This document shows positions 38,387 through 48,125 of a stretch of DNA of 64,000 bases, in pieces. Source of the DNA: Planctomycetota bacterium (GTDB lineage: Bacteria; Planctomycetota; PLA2; JAEUHO01); the NCBI GenBank assembly GCA_965222115.1, contig CBDCTJ010000001.1, positions 1 to 64,000 of the forward strand, given 5' to 3'. Below the pieces are notes generated by a model. It was not told the origin of the DNA and made no database searches. It worked only from the letters and a program-made list of their open reading frames with translations. The translations under genes were made by a program, and so were the position numbers. How positions within the stretch are numbered: position 1 is the first letter of the stretch; the number at the start of each line of letters is the position of its first letter.

Positions 38387-40429
38387 ATGCTCGTGCTTCC
38401 CGAACTCAGCGTACTCCTCGCCGTACTGCTAGGTCTGCGGGCACTGCTACCGACTGGATTCGATCCCGTCACGTCGCCACTTGGGACGGTGGCATGCTGC
38501 CTGATTGGGCTTGCTGGTATCCGCATGACCACGCGGCGCGCCACATTGGCCATGGGCGAGGGGATTCCCGACTTGGTGCCGACCGCGGGACGCGTCATGC
38601 GAATCTGGGCAGTGATTGCGTGGTTTGCCGCACTGCAGTTTTTCGATTGGGGCGCCTTTGTTGAAGGGAACGTGCCGCGGATTTTGTGGATTGCTCGCTA
38701 CGTCGTGCTCTTTGTCCCTGCGGCGGTGTTGTTCTCGTTCGCCTGGTCGAGTCATCGCGAGTTGATGATTGCGGGAATGGGGTTGGAGCAGCGAGCGCGT
38801 GGTCGTGTGAACGCCATCCGCGCCGGTCTACGACGCAATGCCATTGCGCTCGTCCCACTCTTTATTGTCATCGCCTTCGTGGATGGGCTGTGGGTGGCCG
38901 GCGAACTTGGCATCGCACCGCTGCGCACGGCGTCGCAGTGGTTAGAACACATGCCACTGATCACGCTGGCGATCTTCTTTGGCATGACATTGCTGGCGCT
39001 GCCGTTCTTGCCCGCGTTGGTGTGCAAGCTCGTCAAAGCCAAGTCGTTGGAAGCGGGCGAACTTCGAAGCATGCTGGAGCGGGGCGCGGAACGTATCGCG
39101 CTCCGTTACGGCGACATCAAAGTGTGGCCGACCAAGCGACGTATGCTCAATGCTATGGTGATGGGTGTTACGCCCAAGAGCCGTACGATTCTGTTTACCG
39201 ATGGCATTCTCGACGCCATGCCCCACGATGAGTTACTGGCGGTGTTCTTTCACGAGGCGGGTCACGCCAAGAAGCGACATCTCGAACTCTACCTGCTGCT
39301 CTTCTTCTGCATGTCAACGCTGTTTTACCTCTTTCACAACCAGTTGGTTTCGTTGGGTATCAGCCCGGATGTGCTGGGCATCGTGTTCTTGGCGTTGCTT
39401 TGGTTTGGCCTACTGGGCTGGGTCAGCCGACGCTTTGAACGCGACGCCGACTTTTACGGCGCGGATCATGCCTTACCCGAACTCGTGGACGACCCCGAAC
39501 CCGTAGCGACCGAGGCAACGCCCGATGCTCCAGGTGCACCGTCGATGATGCGGGCACTCAATCGCATTCGACAGGTGTCGGGTCACGGTGTGAGCCATCG
39601 CCATGGATCGGTGGAGTCGCGCATTAACGCCATTGCCGAGTACGCCACACGTGAAGAGGCGCGCGAATCGCATAAGCGACTGCTATTCGGCATGCGTGCC
39701 CTCGCGGTGCTTTTGACCATTGGCACGGTGGCCATGGTGATCTCGCGACTCCCCAGTGAGACGCGTATTGCGCGAGCACACATTTTAGCCTCGGAAGCCG
39801 ATCGACTGGCGGATGAGGCGCGACAAGCCGATGGCGATGCCGGCCAAACGAAATGGCTCAAAGCGGCTGACGGCTGGGCTGGCGCCGCAACCACCCTGCG
39901 CGCCGAGGGGGCCGATCTGGACGGCGAGCAAGAACTGCGACTCTCCCTCCGAGCAGCAGACGCCGCATTGCGTTGGTCCGAAGACCTGGCGAACGCAAAA
40001 AGACTCTACGTGCGGTGCCTCGAAATCATCTCGGACCACGAGGAGCAGAGCGGAGGGCAGGTTTCAACGAGCAACGCCCTTCGACGCTTTGAGTGTTGGA
40101 TCGACTTGGGACGTATCGCAGCGCGTGAACAAGATTGGACCTTCGCGGATCGCTACATCAAGTTGGCTGAGCGCGGACTGCAGTATGACCTCACCGAATC
40201 GCATGGACTCGACCGTGAAATCCGAAGCTATTTAGGCGAGCGAAAGCGACTGCTCGACGCCACCGTAGAGTTACGACAGGCGCTGCTGGATCAAGTCAAC
40301 AACCCGGGCGCTGTAGACGTGGCGCGCAAGGAACTTTTGGCGCTCACCGAGACTACGCCCACGGGCGAGCATTGGCTCGACCTCAAACATGACGCCGCCG
40401 CCGAAGCCAACGCAGGCTTGTCGGACTAA
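38387..40429 (+). CDS. M48 (Ste24/HtpX-like) membrane zinc metalloprotease with helical C-terminal extension
   Basis: Multiple TMs; LNAMVMG, ILFTDGIL, ELLAVFFHEAGH (HExxH), SRRFERDAD, HGSVESRI. Confidence 0.88.
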   Translation: MLVLPELSVLLAVLLGLRALLPTGFDPVTSPLGTVACCLIGLAGIRMTTRRATLAMGEGIPDLVPTAGRVMRIWAVIAWFAALQFFDWGAFVEGNVPRILWIARYVVLFVPAAVLFSFAWSSHRELMIAGMGLEQRARGRVNAIRAGLRRNAIALVPLFIVIAFVDGLWVAGELGIAPLRTASQWLEHMPLITLAIFFGMTLLALPFLPALVCKLVKAKSLEAGELRSMLERGAERIALRYGDIKVWPTKRRMLNAMVMGVTPKSRTILFTDGILDAMPHDELLAVFFHEAGHAKKRHLELYLLLFFCMSTLFYLFHNQLVSLGISPDVLGIVFLALLWFGLLGWVSRRFERDADFYGADHALPELVDDPEPVATEATPDAPGAPSMMRALNRIRQVSGHGVSHRHGSVESRINAIAEYATREEARESHKRLLFGMRALAVLLTIGTVAMVISRLPSETRIARAHILASEADRLADEARQADGDAGQTKWLKAADGWAGAATTLRAEGADLDGEQELRLSLRAADAALRWSEDLANAKRLYVRCLEIISDHEEQSGGQVSTSNALRRFECWIDLGRIAAREQDWTFADRYIKLAERGLQYDLTESHGLDREIRSYLGERKRLLDATVELRQALLDQVNNPGAVDVARKELLALTETTPTGEHWLDLKHDAAAEANAGLSD

Positions 40430-41670
40430 TCCGACTTCTCATCGTGGTCGTTTGACTTACCGTCGTTGGGGTCGATCGGCACTTCGTTGCTTCGCATCAG
40501 CGTCACTGCGGGCCCGCCGGCCACACCAAGTGAAACAATGTCGCGCGCACTTTGAATGACGGCACCGATGCCAACAAAGGGCGTCGAGGCATCGCCATCG
40601 GCAAAGCTGGCACACGTATCAAACCACGTGTCGATTTGAAGATCGTTGCGCGCGGTGTGTGCCTGGAGCTTGGCCGCCCGTGGGTCATGCACATCCTCAA
40701 ATGGCCCCATGGCGATCGCAATCTCCGAGTCAGGCTCTTCGTCATCGCGCGGAGAGATCACTTGCGGCGTATGCGGCGTGGCTGCGTAGAGCGCCGGGCC
40801 TGCGATGCCCTCCAGTCGGGTCCACGAAGGATCCGACTCGTGTCTTACGACCAGGAGCACATGACCCACGGTGCCTTTGATCCGAGCAAAAAGTTCGCCC
40901 ACACTCTTGGATTCCGCGTGCGCAACGCGTGCCGCTAGGGCGAAAGTCTGTCCGCCCCCAAAGCCCGACGACTCTGCGTTTCGAACGGGAAGTTGCGCCA
41001 ATGCGTAGGCCAAGCCGTCTTCCCGGATCCCGGCAAGTCCGCCAAGCGCACCGGGCCATGCCAACGTAACCGATTCCATTTCACCAGTTGGTTTGCGATG
41101 CAACAGGAGCAGATGACGTCGCATGAACGACACGTCGTGCCCAGACCACCACACGCGCGCATGAACACATGTTGACGTGGCACGTGCTGCCACCGCGCCG
41201 CTAAGTCCTGTTCCCATGCCCATGTAGCGCAACGCGTCGCGCATGAACTCAAGCCGCAACAGCTCTTCTTCGGCTACACCGCAGCCTTCCGCCAATCCCC
41301 TGAGCTCAGAACGAATACGTTTCGGAAGCCAGAGTTCACTTTGATCGACAAGCATGTCTATGAACTCATCCAAGTCGCGTATGGGACCTTTGGACGGATC
41401 GCGACCTCGGGTACTCCCCAGGGTTTCTTCCAACATGCGTTTACGCCACGTGCGAAGAATCAACTGAATCTCGTTGCGCAACACACGTCCATGTTGCAAT
41501 CCCATCTCATAGGGACTGCCGTGGAGTTCCAACACGTAGGGTCGATCGGGGCGAGAAGCCGTATCGTTGCTTGTAGGTGCATCGCCACAGCCAGACACGA
41601 GCACACCGAGACCCACAAGAAGACTCCCAAGCGTTGTTTTTAGGAGCAGACGCACCACCTCATTGTTCAT
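40426..41670 (-). CDS. Lipoprotein, C45/acid-ceramidase-like Ntn-hydrolase fold, probably degenerate
   Basis: Lipobox LVSGC; LELHGSPYEMGLQHG, ELRGLAEGCGV, WPGALGGLAGIREDGL. Confidence 0.7.
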   Translation of the reverse strand: MNNEVVRLLLKTTLGSLLVGLGVLVSGCGDAPTSNDTASRPDRPYVLELHGSPYEMGLQHGRVLRNEIQLILRTWRKRMLEETLGSTRGRDPSKGPIRDLDEFIDMLVDQSELWLPKRIRSELRGLAEGCGVAEEELLRLEFMRDALRYMGMGTGLSGAVAARATSTCVHARVWWSGHDVSFMRRHLLLLHRKPTGEMESVTLAWPGALGGLAGIREDGLAYALAQLPVRNAESSGFGGGQTFALAARVAHAESKSVGELFARIKGTVGHVLLVVRHESDPSWTRLEGIAGPALYAATPHTPQVISPRDDEEPDSEIAIAMGPFEDVHDPRAAKLQAHTARNDLQIDTWFDTCASFADGDASTPFVGIGAVIQSARDIVSLGVAGGPAVTLMRSNEVPIDPNDGKSNDHDEKSD

Positions 41671-42004
41671 GGAGCCACGCCCAAGGTGGGTATGGATTCA
41701 CGCTTGGACGATGGCGACAAAACGCGAGTCAGGCAGACGCAAACTCGCGAATTTGAGGTCAGAGCGGGCACGCAATTCGACGATCTGACCTGCCTAATCT
41801 GAGGTTTGGCAGTGCATCCACTAACGCCGTCAAATTCAGCTTACTCGATGGGCATAACAATATGATTTTCAGATACTTATGACGACACAAGGAAAGCGTG
41901 CGTCCCCATGTTTCCGGTCGGATATTGGGCCCTAACACGCTAGACTTTGCACTCCCATTGAGGGAGCAATTTGCCCCCTGGTTGAGCGGAAGAGGCACGA
42001 GTTT

Positions 42005-44584
42005 ATGGCGGAATCCGACGAGAGCACCAGCGGCGCAGCCGACGAGCGCGTCCTGGACCTCGACATCGCCACGGAATTGAAGCGGTCCTATCTTCGATAC
42101 GCAATGAGCGTGATCGTTGATCGCGCGCTTCCCGATGTGCGCGATGGGCTCAAACCTAGTCAACGCCGCATTCTTGTAGCGATGAACGACCTCAATCTCT
42201 CGCCCAGCCGCAAGACATTGAAGTGCGCCAAAGTTGTGGGCGAAACGATGGGCAACTATCACCCGCACGGCGACCAAGCCATCTACCCCACGCTCGTGCG
42301 CATGGCACAAGACTTCAACATGAGCGAGCGCCTTGTTCAGGGACAAGGCAACTTCGGAAGCATCGACCGCGACCCGCCCGCGTCCATGCGATACACCGAA
42401 TGTCGCATGACGCACGCCGCTGTGCAGTTGCTCGACGATCTCGATAAAGACACCGTCGAGTTTCGTCCCAACTACGACGAGTCGCGGATGGAACCCACGG
42501 TATTGCCGGGGCGTTTCCCAAACCTGCTCGTCAACGGTGGATCCGGTATCGCCGTGGCCATGGCATCGAGCATTCCGCCACACAACCCCACCGAAGTTGC
42601 CAACGCGATTCTAGCGTCGCTCGACAATCCCGAGATCACCATTCCCGAGATCATGGAGCACATCCCGGGCCCCGATTTACCGACCCATGCGCGCATTTGC
42701 GGCAAGAACGCCATTCTCCACGCCTACACCACCGGACGTGGCTCCATCGAAATGCGCGGCCGCACCGAGATCGTCGAATCCAAGCGCGGCGGCTCCAAAA
42801 TCATCATTACCGAGATTCCGTATCAGGTGAATAAGGCGTCGCTGGTGCGCAAGATTGCCGATCTAGCCAATTCGGGCCGTGTGCCGGGCATCTCTGACAT
42901 TGTGGATGAATCGTCCAAAGAGATTCGCATTGTTGTCAAGATCAAGCGCAGCGAAGACCCCGACATTGTGCTCAATCAGCTTTATAAGTTCACACAACTG
43001 CGCGACACGCTAAGCGTCATCATGATTGCGCTCGTCAATGGGCGTCCCGAACTCTGCAGCATCAAGCAACTCATCGACGAGTATATCGACCACCGAATCA
43101 TCGTCATTACGCGTCGCACGCAGTACCTGCTGCGAAAGGCTCAGAACCGCAATCACATAGTAGCCGGGCTCATTAAAGCGCTCGATCTCATCGACGAGAT
43201 TATCGCACTCATTCGCGCCAGCGCCGATCCCAAAGAAGCCAAAGCGGGCCTTATGGAACGCTTCGAGTTTTCGGCTGCCCAAGCCGATGCCATTTTGCAG
43301 ATGCGGTTGCAACGTCTCACCGGACTGCAGCGCCAGGAACTCGAGGCCGAACACGAAAAACTCAATGCAGAGATTGCCGAGTACGAGCGCATTCTGAGCG
43401 ACGAGGCCAATGTGCGCGCCATCATTCGCGAAGACATGGAGGCCATGAAAGCGCGCTTCCCTCAAGAGCGCCGCACCGCCATTGAAGACAGCCAGAACGA
43501 CTACACGTCACTCGATCTCATCACGCCCGAGAACGTTGTGGTCACGCTTTCGAGCGAGGGCTACATCAAGCGCACAGAACTCGATGCCTACCGCAAGCAG
43601 CGTCGAGGCGGCAAAGGCATCAAGGGCACCGAGTCGAAAGAAGGCGACTTCGTGGAGCAGTTGCTTGTAGCCAACACCCACGACCTCTTGCTCTGCTTTA
43701 CCGATCGCGGGCGCGTATACAAAGAGTACGTCTACATGCTTCCCGATCTCGGTCGCTACGCCAAGGGCCGCGCCATGGTCAATCTCCTCAACCTCGATGA
43801 GGGCGAACGGGTGCGCGCGATTCTTCCCGTTCGCGACCTTGAGGGCGATCGGTCCATTCTGTTCGCCACGCGTTCCGGCCTTGTCAAACGCACGAAACTC
43901 AGCGATCTCCAGAACATTCACAAGGGCGGCATCATTGCCATTTCGCTGGTCGATGACGACTCACTCATTGACACCCGCATCGTGTCCGGCACCGACGATG
44001 TGGTGCTGGTGTCGGCCAAGGGCATGGCCATTCGCTTCCAGGTGGATCAGGTACGCGCCATGGGTCGTGTTGCGCGCGGCGTACGCGGCATCAAGTTGCG
44101 CGACGGCGATCACGTCGTGTCGATGGCACTGGCCAACGACATCGATGAGGGCCAACAAGGCACCCTATTGACCGTTACCGAAGGCGGCTACGCCAAGCGC
44201 TCAGCGTTTTCGGAATACCGCGCTCAATCACGAGGTGGATTGGGTCTGCGCAACATTAGTGCGGGCGGCCTCGATAAAAATGGCGACGTCGTCGCGGCGC
44301 GCGCGGTGCTCGACGGGGACGAGATCATTTTGATCACGGAAGGTGGCAAGTCGATTCGCATGGCGGTGGGACCCGAACAGTTCCGCGTCATTGGCCGTGC
44401 AACCGCCGGGGTACGCGCGATTACGCTTCCTGAAGGCGATCGCTTGGTCTCCATGGCCTGGGTCCGCCCGGAAGAAGACGACGACGCCGATAGCGATGGC
44501 GCTGATATGGATGGCGAGGGCGAAGCGAGAGCCGATACGAAGGCGGATAACGCGCCAAACGACGGGCCGGCAACCGCGGAGTAA
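42005..44584 (+). CDS. gyrA: DNA gyrase subunit A
   Basis: YAMSVIVDRALPDVRDGLKP, YHPHGD, SMRYTE catalytic Tyr, GyrA-box QRRGGKG, C-terminal pinwheel repeats. Confidence 0.98.
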   Translation: MAESDESTSGAADERVLDLDIATELKRSYLRYAMSVIVDRALPDVRDGLKPSQRRILVAMNDLNLSPSRKTLKCAKVVGETMGNYHPHGDQAIYPTLVRMAQDFNMSERLVQGQGNFGSIDRDPPASMRYTECRMTHAAVQLLDDLDKDTVEFRPNYDESRMEPTVLPGRFPNLLVNGGSGIAVAMASSIPPHNPTEVANAILASLDNPEITIPEIMEHIPGPDLPTHARICGKNAILHAYTTGRGSIEMRGRTEIVESKRGGSKIIITEIPYQVNKASLVRKIADLANSGRVPGISDIVDESSKEIRIVVKIKRSEDPDIVLNQLYKFTQLRDTLSVIMIALVNGRPELCSIKQLIDEYIDHRIIVITRRTQYLLRKAQNRNHIVAGLIKALDLIDEIIALIRASADPKEAKAGLMERFEFSAAQADAILQMRLQRLTGLQRQELEAEHEKLNAEIAEYERILSDEANVRAIIREDMEAMKARFPQERRTAIEDSQNDYTSLDLITPENVVVTLSSEGYIKRTELDAYRKQRRGGKGIKGTESKEGDFVEQLLVANTHDLLLCFTDRGRVYKEYVYMLPDLGRYAKGRAMVNLLNLDEGERVRAILPVRDLEGDRSILFATRSGLVKRTKLSDLQNIHKGGIIAISLVDDDSLIDTRIVSGTDDVVLVSAKGMAIRFQVDQVRAMGRVARGVRGIKLRDGDHVVSMALANDIDEGQQGTLLTVTEGGYAKRSAFSEYRAQSRGGLGLRNISAGGLDKNGDVVAARAVLDGDEIILITEGGKSIRMAVGPEQFRVIGRATAGVRAITLPEGDRLVSMAWVRPEEDDDADSDGADMDGEGEARADTKADNAPNDGPATAE

Positions 44585-44794
44585 CGGGATCGCGGGTGAA
44601 CGACTGTGCAGTGCCCATTAGTCCCTGTTCGATGCGAATTCCCATCGATCGCCCTGAAATTGCCCAATCCATCGACGTTCTCATGGCGGGGCAGGTGTCC
44701 TCACCGGACCTAGAGCCGGATTTCCGCTAGACTTAGGTCATTCGAGTGGGTGCCCCCTGCCCGTCGAATCCACATCCTGATCGGAGTGCATTTT

Positions 44795-46657
44795 ATGCCG
44801 CTGTTCCCTGCTATCCGCACGAGATCCATTCATTCGTGCGCGCTCCTACTTGGTGCTTTCGCCCTTGTCATCACGACGGGGCTCTCCGCGGCTCAGGCCA
44901 AGGATTCGCTCAAACGCGAGTTCAAGACGAGCAACTTCACGTGGACCCTCCCGTCCGACGACTGGTCGTTTTCCGAGATCAGCGACAATGGACTGAAGCA
45001 GGCAGGCGGCATCATTGAAGTCACGTCGAGCGATCGTCATACCCGTGCGCTTGTCATCGTCAATGACTCGGGTGGTCTCAAGCCCGATGAGCGCCTGAAC
45101 GAAGTGAAAGAAGCCACGCGGCCATCGATTGAGACCGTCACGCACACCAAGGTCGTTGACAGCACATTATCGGGACGTCCGGCCAAGTTACTCCTCATGC
45201 AGGGTCACGCCCGCGGTGGCAAAGTCATCATTCATTTTCGTGGCTATTTGATAGAGAGAAAGGGCAAGTTCTACCACCTCAACATCACGTGCTACCACAA
45301 CTCACATCGCACTGCGACCGAGTCCATCGATCGTATGCGCCGCGGCTTCCGTCTCATCAAGGGCGCGGGCAAGGGCGAAGATGCGCCCGAGACCTTTGAT
45401 GAACTTCCCAAGGTCGACGCCGGTGCGAAAGGCGCAGGAGGCGAGTCGAACGATGGCGCAGATGGTGACGAGATCGAATGGCCCGAGAAAGGACCAACGC
45501 GGGAAGGCAACACCGTCATATTCCCGAAGCACAACTTGCGCTGGACGCTTCCTAAGGGTGGCGTACTGAAGTGGCAAGACCCCATGCCCGACGCATCCGT
45601 CGAGCCCGGCGAAAACGGTCAGGCACTCATCAGCGTCGTTGGCGAAGTTGAACGTAAGAAGCAGGAGTTTGAGAAGAACACGCCGGATAAAAATCGGTTT
45701 CTATTGACGCTCTACTCCGAGTTGGCGCCACCGGGCAGAAACACGGCCAAGGCGCTCCGCAGCCAGCAGATGCAAGAAAACGTCTCAAAACAGATCTTTG
45801 GGGGCAAACACCGGGCAGACAAGACCCAAGTGCGTGACACCAAGATCGGAAATTGGAAAGGCTCGTACATCAAGATGGTTGGCCGAACGAAGGATGGCAG
45901 TCGTCATCGCACGTTCCTCTACATGGAAACCATGCTCCAGGGTGTGATGTATACGTGGCAGGTGAACTTCATTGGCCACACCGATGCGCAGAAGTCGTTC
46001 GGCAAGGCTTTCGGAAAACTCGTGAAGGGCATCAAGTTTGATAGCACCGACGAGTGGATCGCGGGGCCCATCCTCGGCGTCGTCCCCGCCTTTCCGGGTA
46101 ACCGAGGGCAAGATCGAGAGAAGGCAACCGTCATCGAGAAGGCGCCCGGCGTTACGTTCAAGAAGCCGTCAGGCATAGCCGAACTGACGTTCCGCAGCGC
46201 ATTCAATCAACTTTTCTGTTTCGCCATCGAGGGACGATCCGAAGACAACAAGAATTATATCTACATGGATGTCCACTCCAACTGGATGCCCAACGTGCAA
46301 CAGAGTGGAAAGCTTGAGGACTTTATCGAAAAGCGAGCCAGCGACTGGGAAGCTGGCGGCGGCGATCCTCAGAAGGTCCCAAAGTCGAAGTTTAGAAAAG
46401 GCAAGTTTGGCGCAGCCAAGGGCTTTCAGTACGAATACGAAGGCACGCTCAACGGTGAGCCGTTTGTGGAACAGGGCTGGGCGGTGAAGCACAAGCAAAC
46501 CGCCTACTTCATCCGCGTTCAATTTGGTGGACCGGACGGTGAAAAGAACATGAAGAAACTCTGGAAGTCGGTCAGGAAGGGATTCAAGTTCCGCAAACTC
46601 AACAAAAGGGAACAGACGAGATTCAACAGAGAGATTCCAAAGACTGCCGGTCGGTAG
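44795..46657 (+). CDS. Exported hypothetical protein with three PsbP-like domains
   Basis: Signal peptide ending AQA; repeated NFTWTLPSDDW / NLRWTLPKGG / GVTFKKPSG domain starts ending in xxGF/I-K/R-F/L helices. Confidence 0.75.
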   Translation: MPLFPAIRTRSIHSCALLLGAFALVITTGLSAAQAKDSLKREFKTSNFTWTLPSDDWSFSEISDNGLKQAGGIIEVTSSDRHTRALVIVNDSGGLKPDERLNEVKEATRPSIETVTHTKVVDSTLSGRPAKLLLMQGHARGGKVIIHFRGYLIERKGKFYHLNITCYHNSHRTATESIDRMRRGFRLIKGAGKGEDAPETFDELPKVDAGAKGAGGESNDGADGDEIEWPEKGPTREGNTVIFPKHNLRWTLPKGGVLKWQDPMPDASVEPGENGQALISVVGEVERKKQEFEKNTPDKNRFLLTLYSELAPPGRNTAKALRSQQMQENVSKQIFGGKHRADKTQVRDTKIGNWKGSYIKMVGRTKDGSRHRTFLYMETMLQGVMYTWQVNFIGHTDAQKSFGKAFGKLVKGIKFDSTDEWIAGPILGVVPAFPGNRGQDREKATVIEKAPGVTFKKPSGIAELTFRSAFNQLFCFAIEGRSEDNKNYIYMDVHSNWMPNVQQSGKLEDFIEKRASDWEAGGGDPQKVPKSKFRKGKFGAAKGFQYEYEGTLNGEPFVEQGWAVKHKQTAYFIRVQFGGPDGEKNMKKLWKSVRKGFKFRKLNKREQTRFNREIPKTAGR

Positions 46658-46738
46658 TGGCGATCGCATATTGCACGCAGACACCCGGTGCATCCATGGG
46701 TTCAACCGTGCCGTGTGCTCTCCACCCCTGAGGTTGCC

Positions 46739-48109
46739 ATGAAACATAACTTGTCGCGTTTTGTATGTAGAGCATCAGTCGTTGTGTGTGCAGTTGCGTG
46801 CATGTTGCCGATAGCCGGTGACTGTCACGCACGCGAGTGGGACAGCACCGAACACAATTGCATGCTCATCATTCCCGACGAACCCGCGCAGTGGGAGTGG
46901 CTCAATTACGATCCCGCCTGGAAGAGTCGCAACATTATTCGAGGTGCGAAGCGCACAGTTGAGAAGCTCAAGAACGGATCCAGCGGCGCGGGATATGGCG
47001 GGTTGCTTCATCTCGCCAAACGCGACGCCCCGGAGGGCATGACGCTCGAATCCGCCGCCGCGGATACCAACGTGCGCAACTACATGCTTGTGCGTTTTGG
47101 CAACGCCGCGTCCAAGCTCTCGGTCGAAGAAGAAGACGTAACGATTCTGGGCGACCACCCTGCCAAATGCCTGCGGGTAAGTGGCAAGGCCAAGGGACCG
47201 GGCGGAAAGAAGCCGGTAGATTGTCGCGGTGTCCTCCTTATTACGATGGCCAAGGGCAAGCTCTATCTCCTGCGTATGTATGCGTGGCACACCGAAGCGG
47301 ATGAGGAGGGGATCAAAAACGACCTCGACACGATTGAATACGAGGGCCTTGAGATCTTGGATACGAAGGAGGCGACCAAGAAGGACGCGGGGCAACCCAC
47401 CAAGCCCGAAAACGGCGACAAAGAAGACGATGAAAAGGAGGACGAGGACCTCAAAGAAGAGTTCATTGAGAACGAAGAACAGAAGTGGAGCATCACCAAG
47501 CACAAGCTGCTTCGGGAGATGAAAATCACGAAGGCCGACCGCAAGCGTTTTGTGGTGCTTCGCTTTGGCCATGTCGATGACCATGGCTGGCACCAAATGG
47601 AGCTCTACGCCATTCCCAACAGCCGTGTCGTTAATGGGCAACAGGCGCCCCCCGAGGACCTGCGCGGTCGGATGACCAAAGACTGGTACAAGAAGTTCCT
47701 AAAGAACCATCCTGTGGGCGAGATCGCCCGCTACAAGTGGCCCAAGCCCTCAAAGCGTACATTTATTACATTACCGCATTACGACCGCCCAGATGACCGC
47801 ATCGTCGTATTCGATGGCAAAAAGAAGAAGCGAGACCCCGACGCAAGCACAGGCGACGTCATGAAACGCCTCAAGGTCGTTGAGAAAGTCAAGCGCGGGT
47901 TCATCGGAAAGCGTTTCAAAGCAAGTGAGGCCTTTCGCGGCAACATGCAAGGCAATCGAGAACGCGCGGGTATGGAGTGGACGTCTCGCTTTGCGTGGCG
48001 CACGCCGAAACACTCCTTCCGCCTCATCGTGAGCATGACGCGCGACGCCTACAAAAAGTATGGCGAGCCGTTGCGCCAGACCATGGAATCGTTCGAGATT
48101 CATAAGTAA
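46739..48109 (+). CDS. Exported hypothetical protein (PsbP-like domains with acidic linker)
   Basis: GAGG RBS, signal peptide, HNCMLIIPDEPAQWEW start, QTMESFEI end. Confidence 0.75.
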   Translation: MKHNLSRFVCRASVVVCAVACMLPIAGDCHAREWDSTEHNCMLIIPDEPAQWEWLNYDPAWKSRNIIRGAKRTVEKLKNGSSGAGYGGLLHLAKRDAPEGMTLESAAADTNVRNYMLVRFGNAASKLSVEEEDVTILGDHPAKCLRVSGKAKGPGGKKPVDCRGVLLITMAKGKLYLLRMYAWHTEADEEGIKNDLDTIEYEGLEILDTKEATKKDAGQPTKPENGDKEDDEKEDEDLKEEFIENEEQKWSITKHKLLREMKITKADRKRFVVLRFGHVDDHGWHQMELYAIPNSRVVNGQQAPPEDLRGRMTKDWYKKFLKNHPVGEIARYKWPKPSKRTFITLPHYDRPDDRIVVFDGKKKKRDPDASTGDVMKRLKVVEKVKRGFIGKRFKASEAFRGNMQGNRERAGMEWTSRFAWRTPKHSFRLIVSMTRDAYKKYGEPLRQTMESFEIHK

Positions 48110-48125
48110 GCCCGTCCGCACACAC

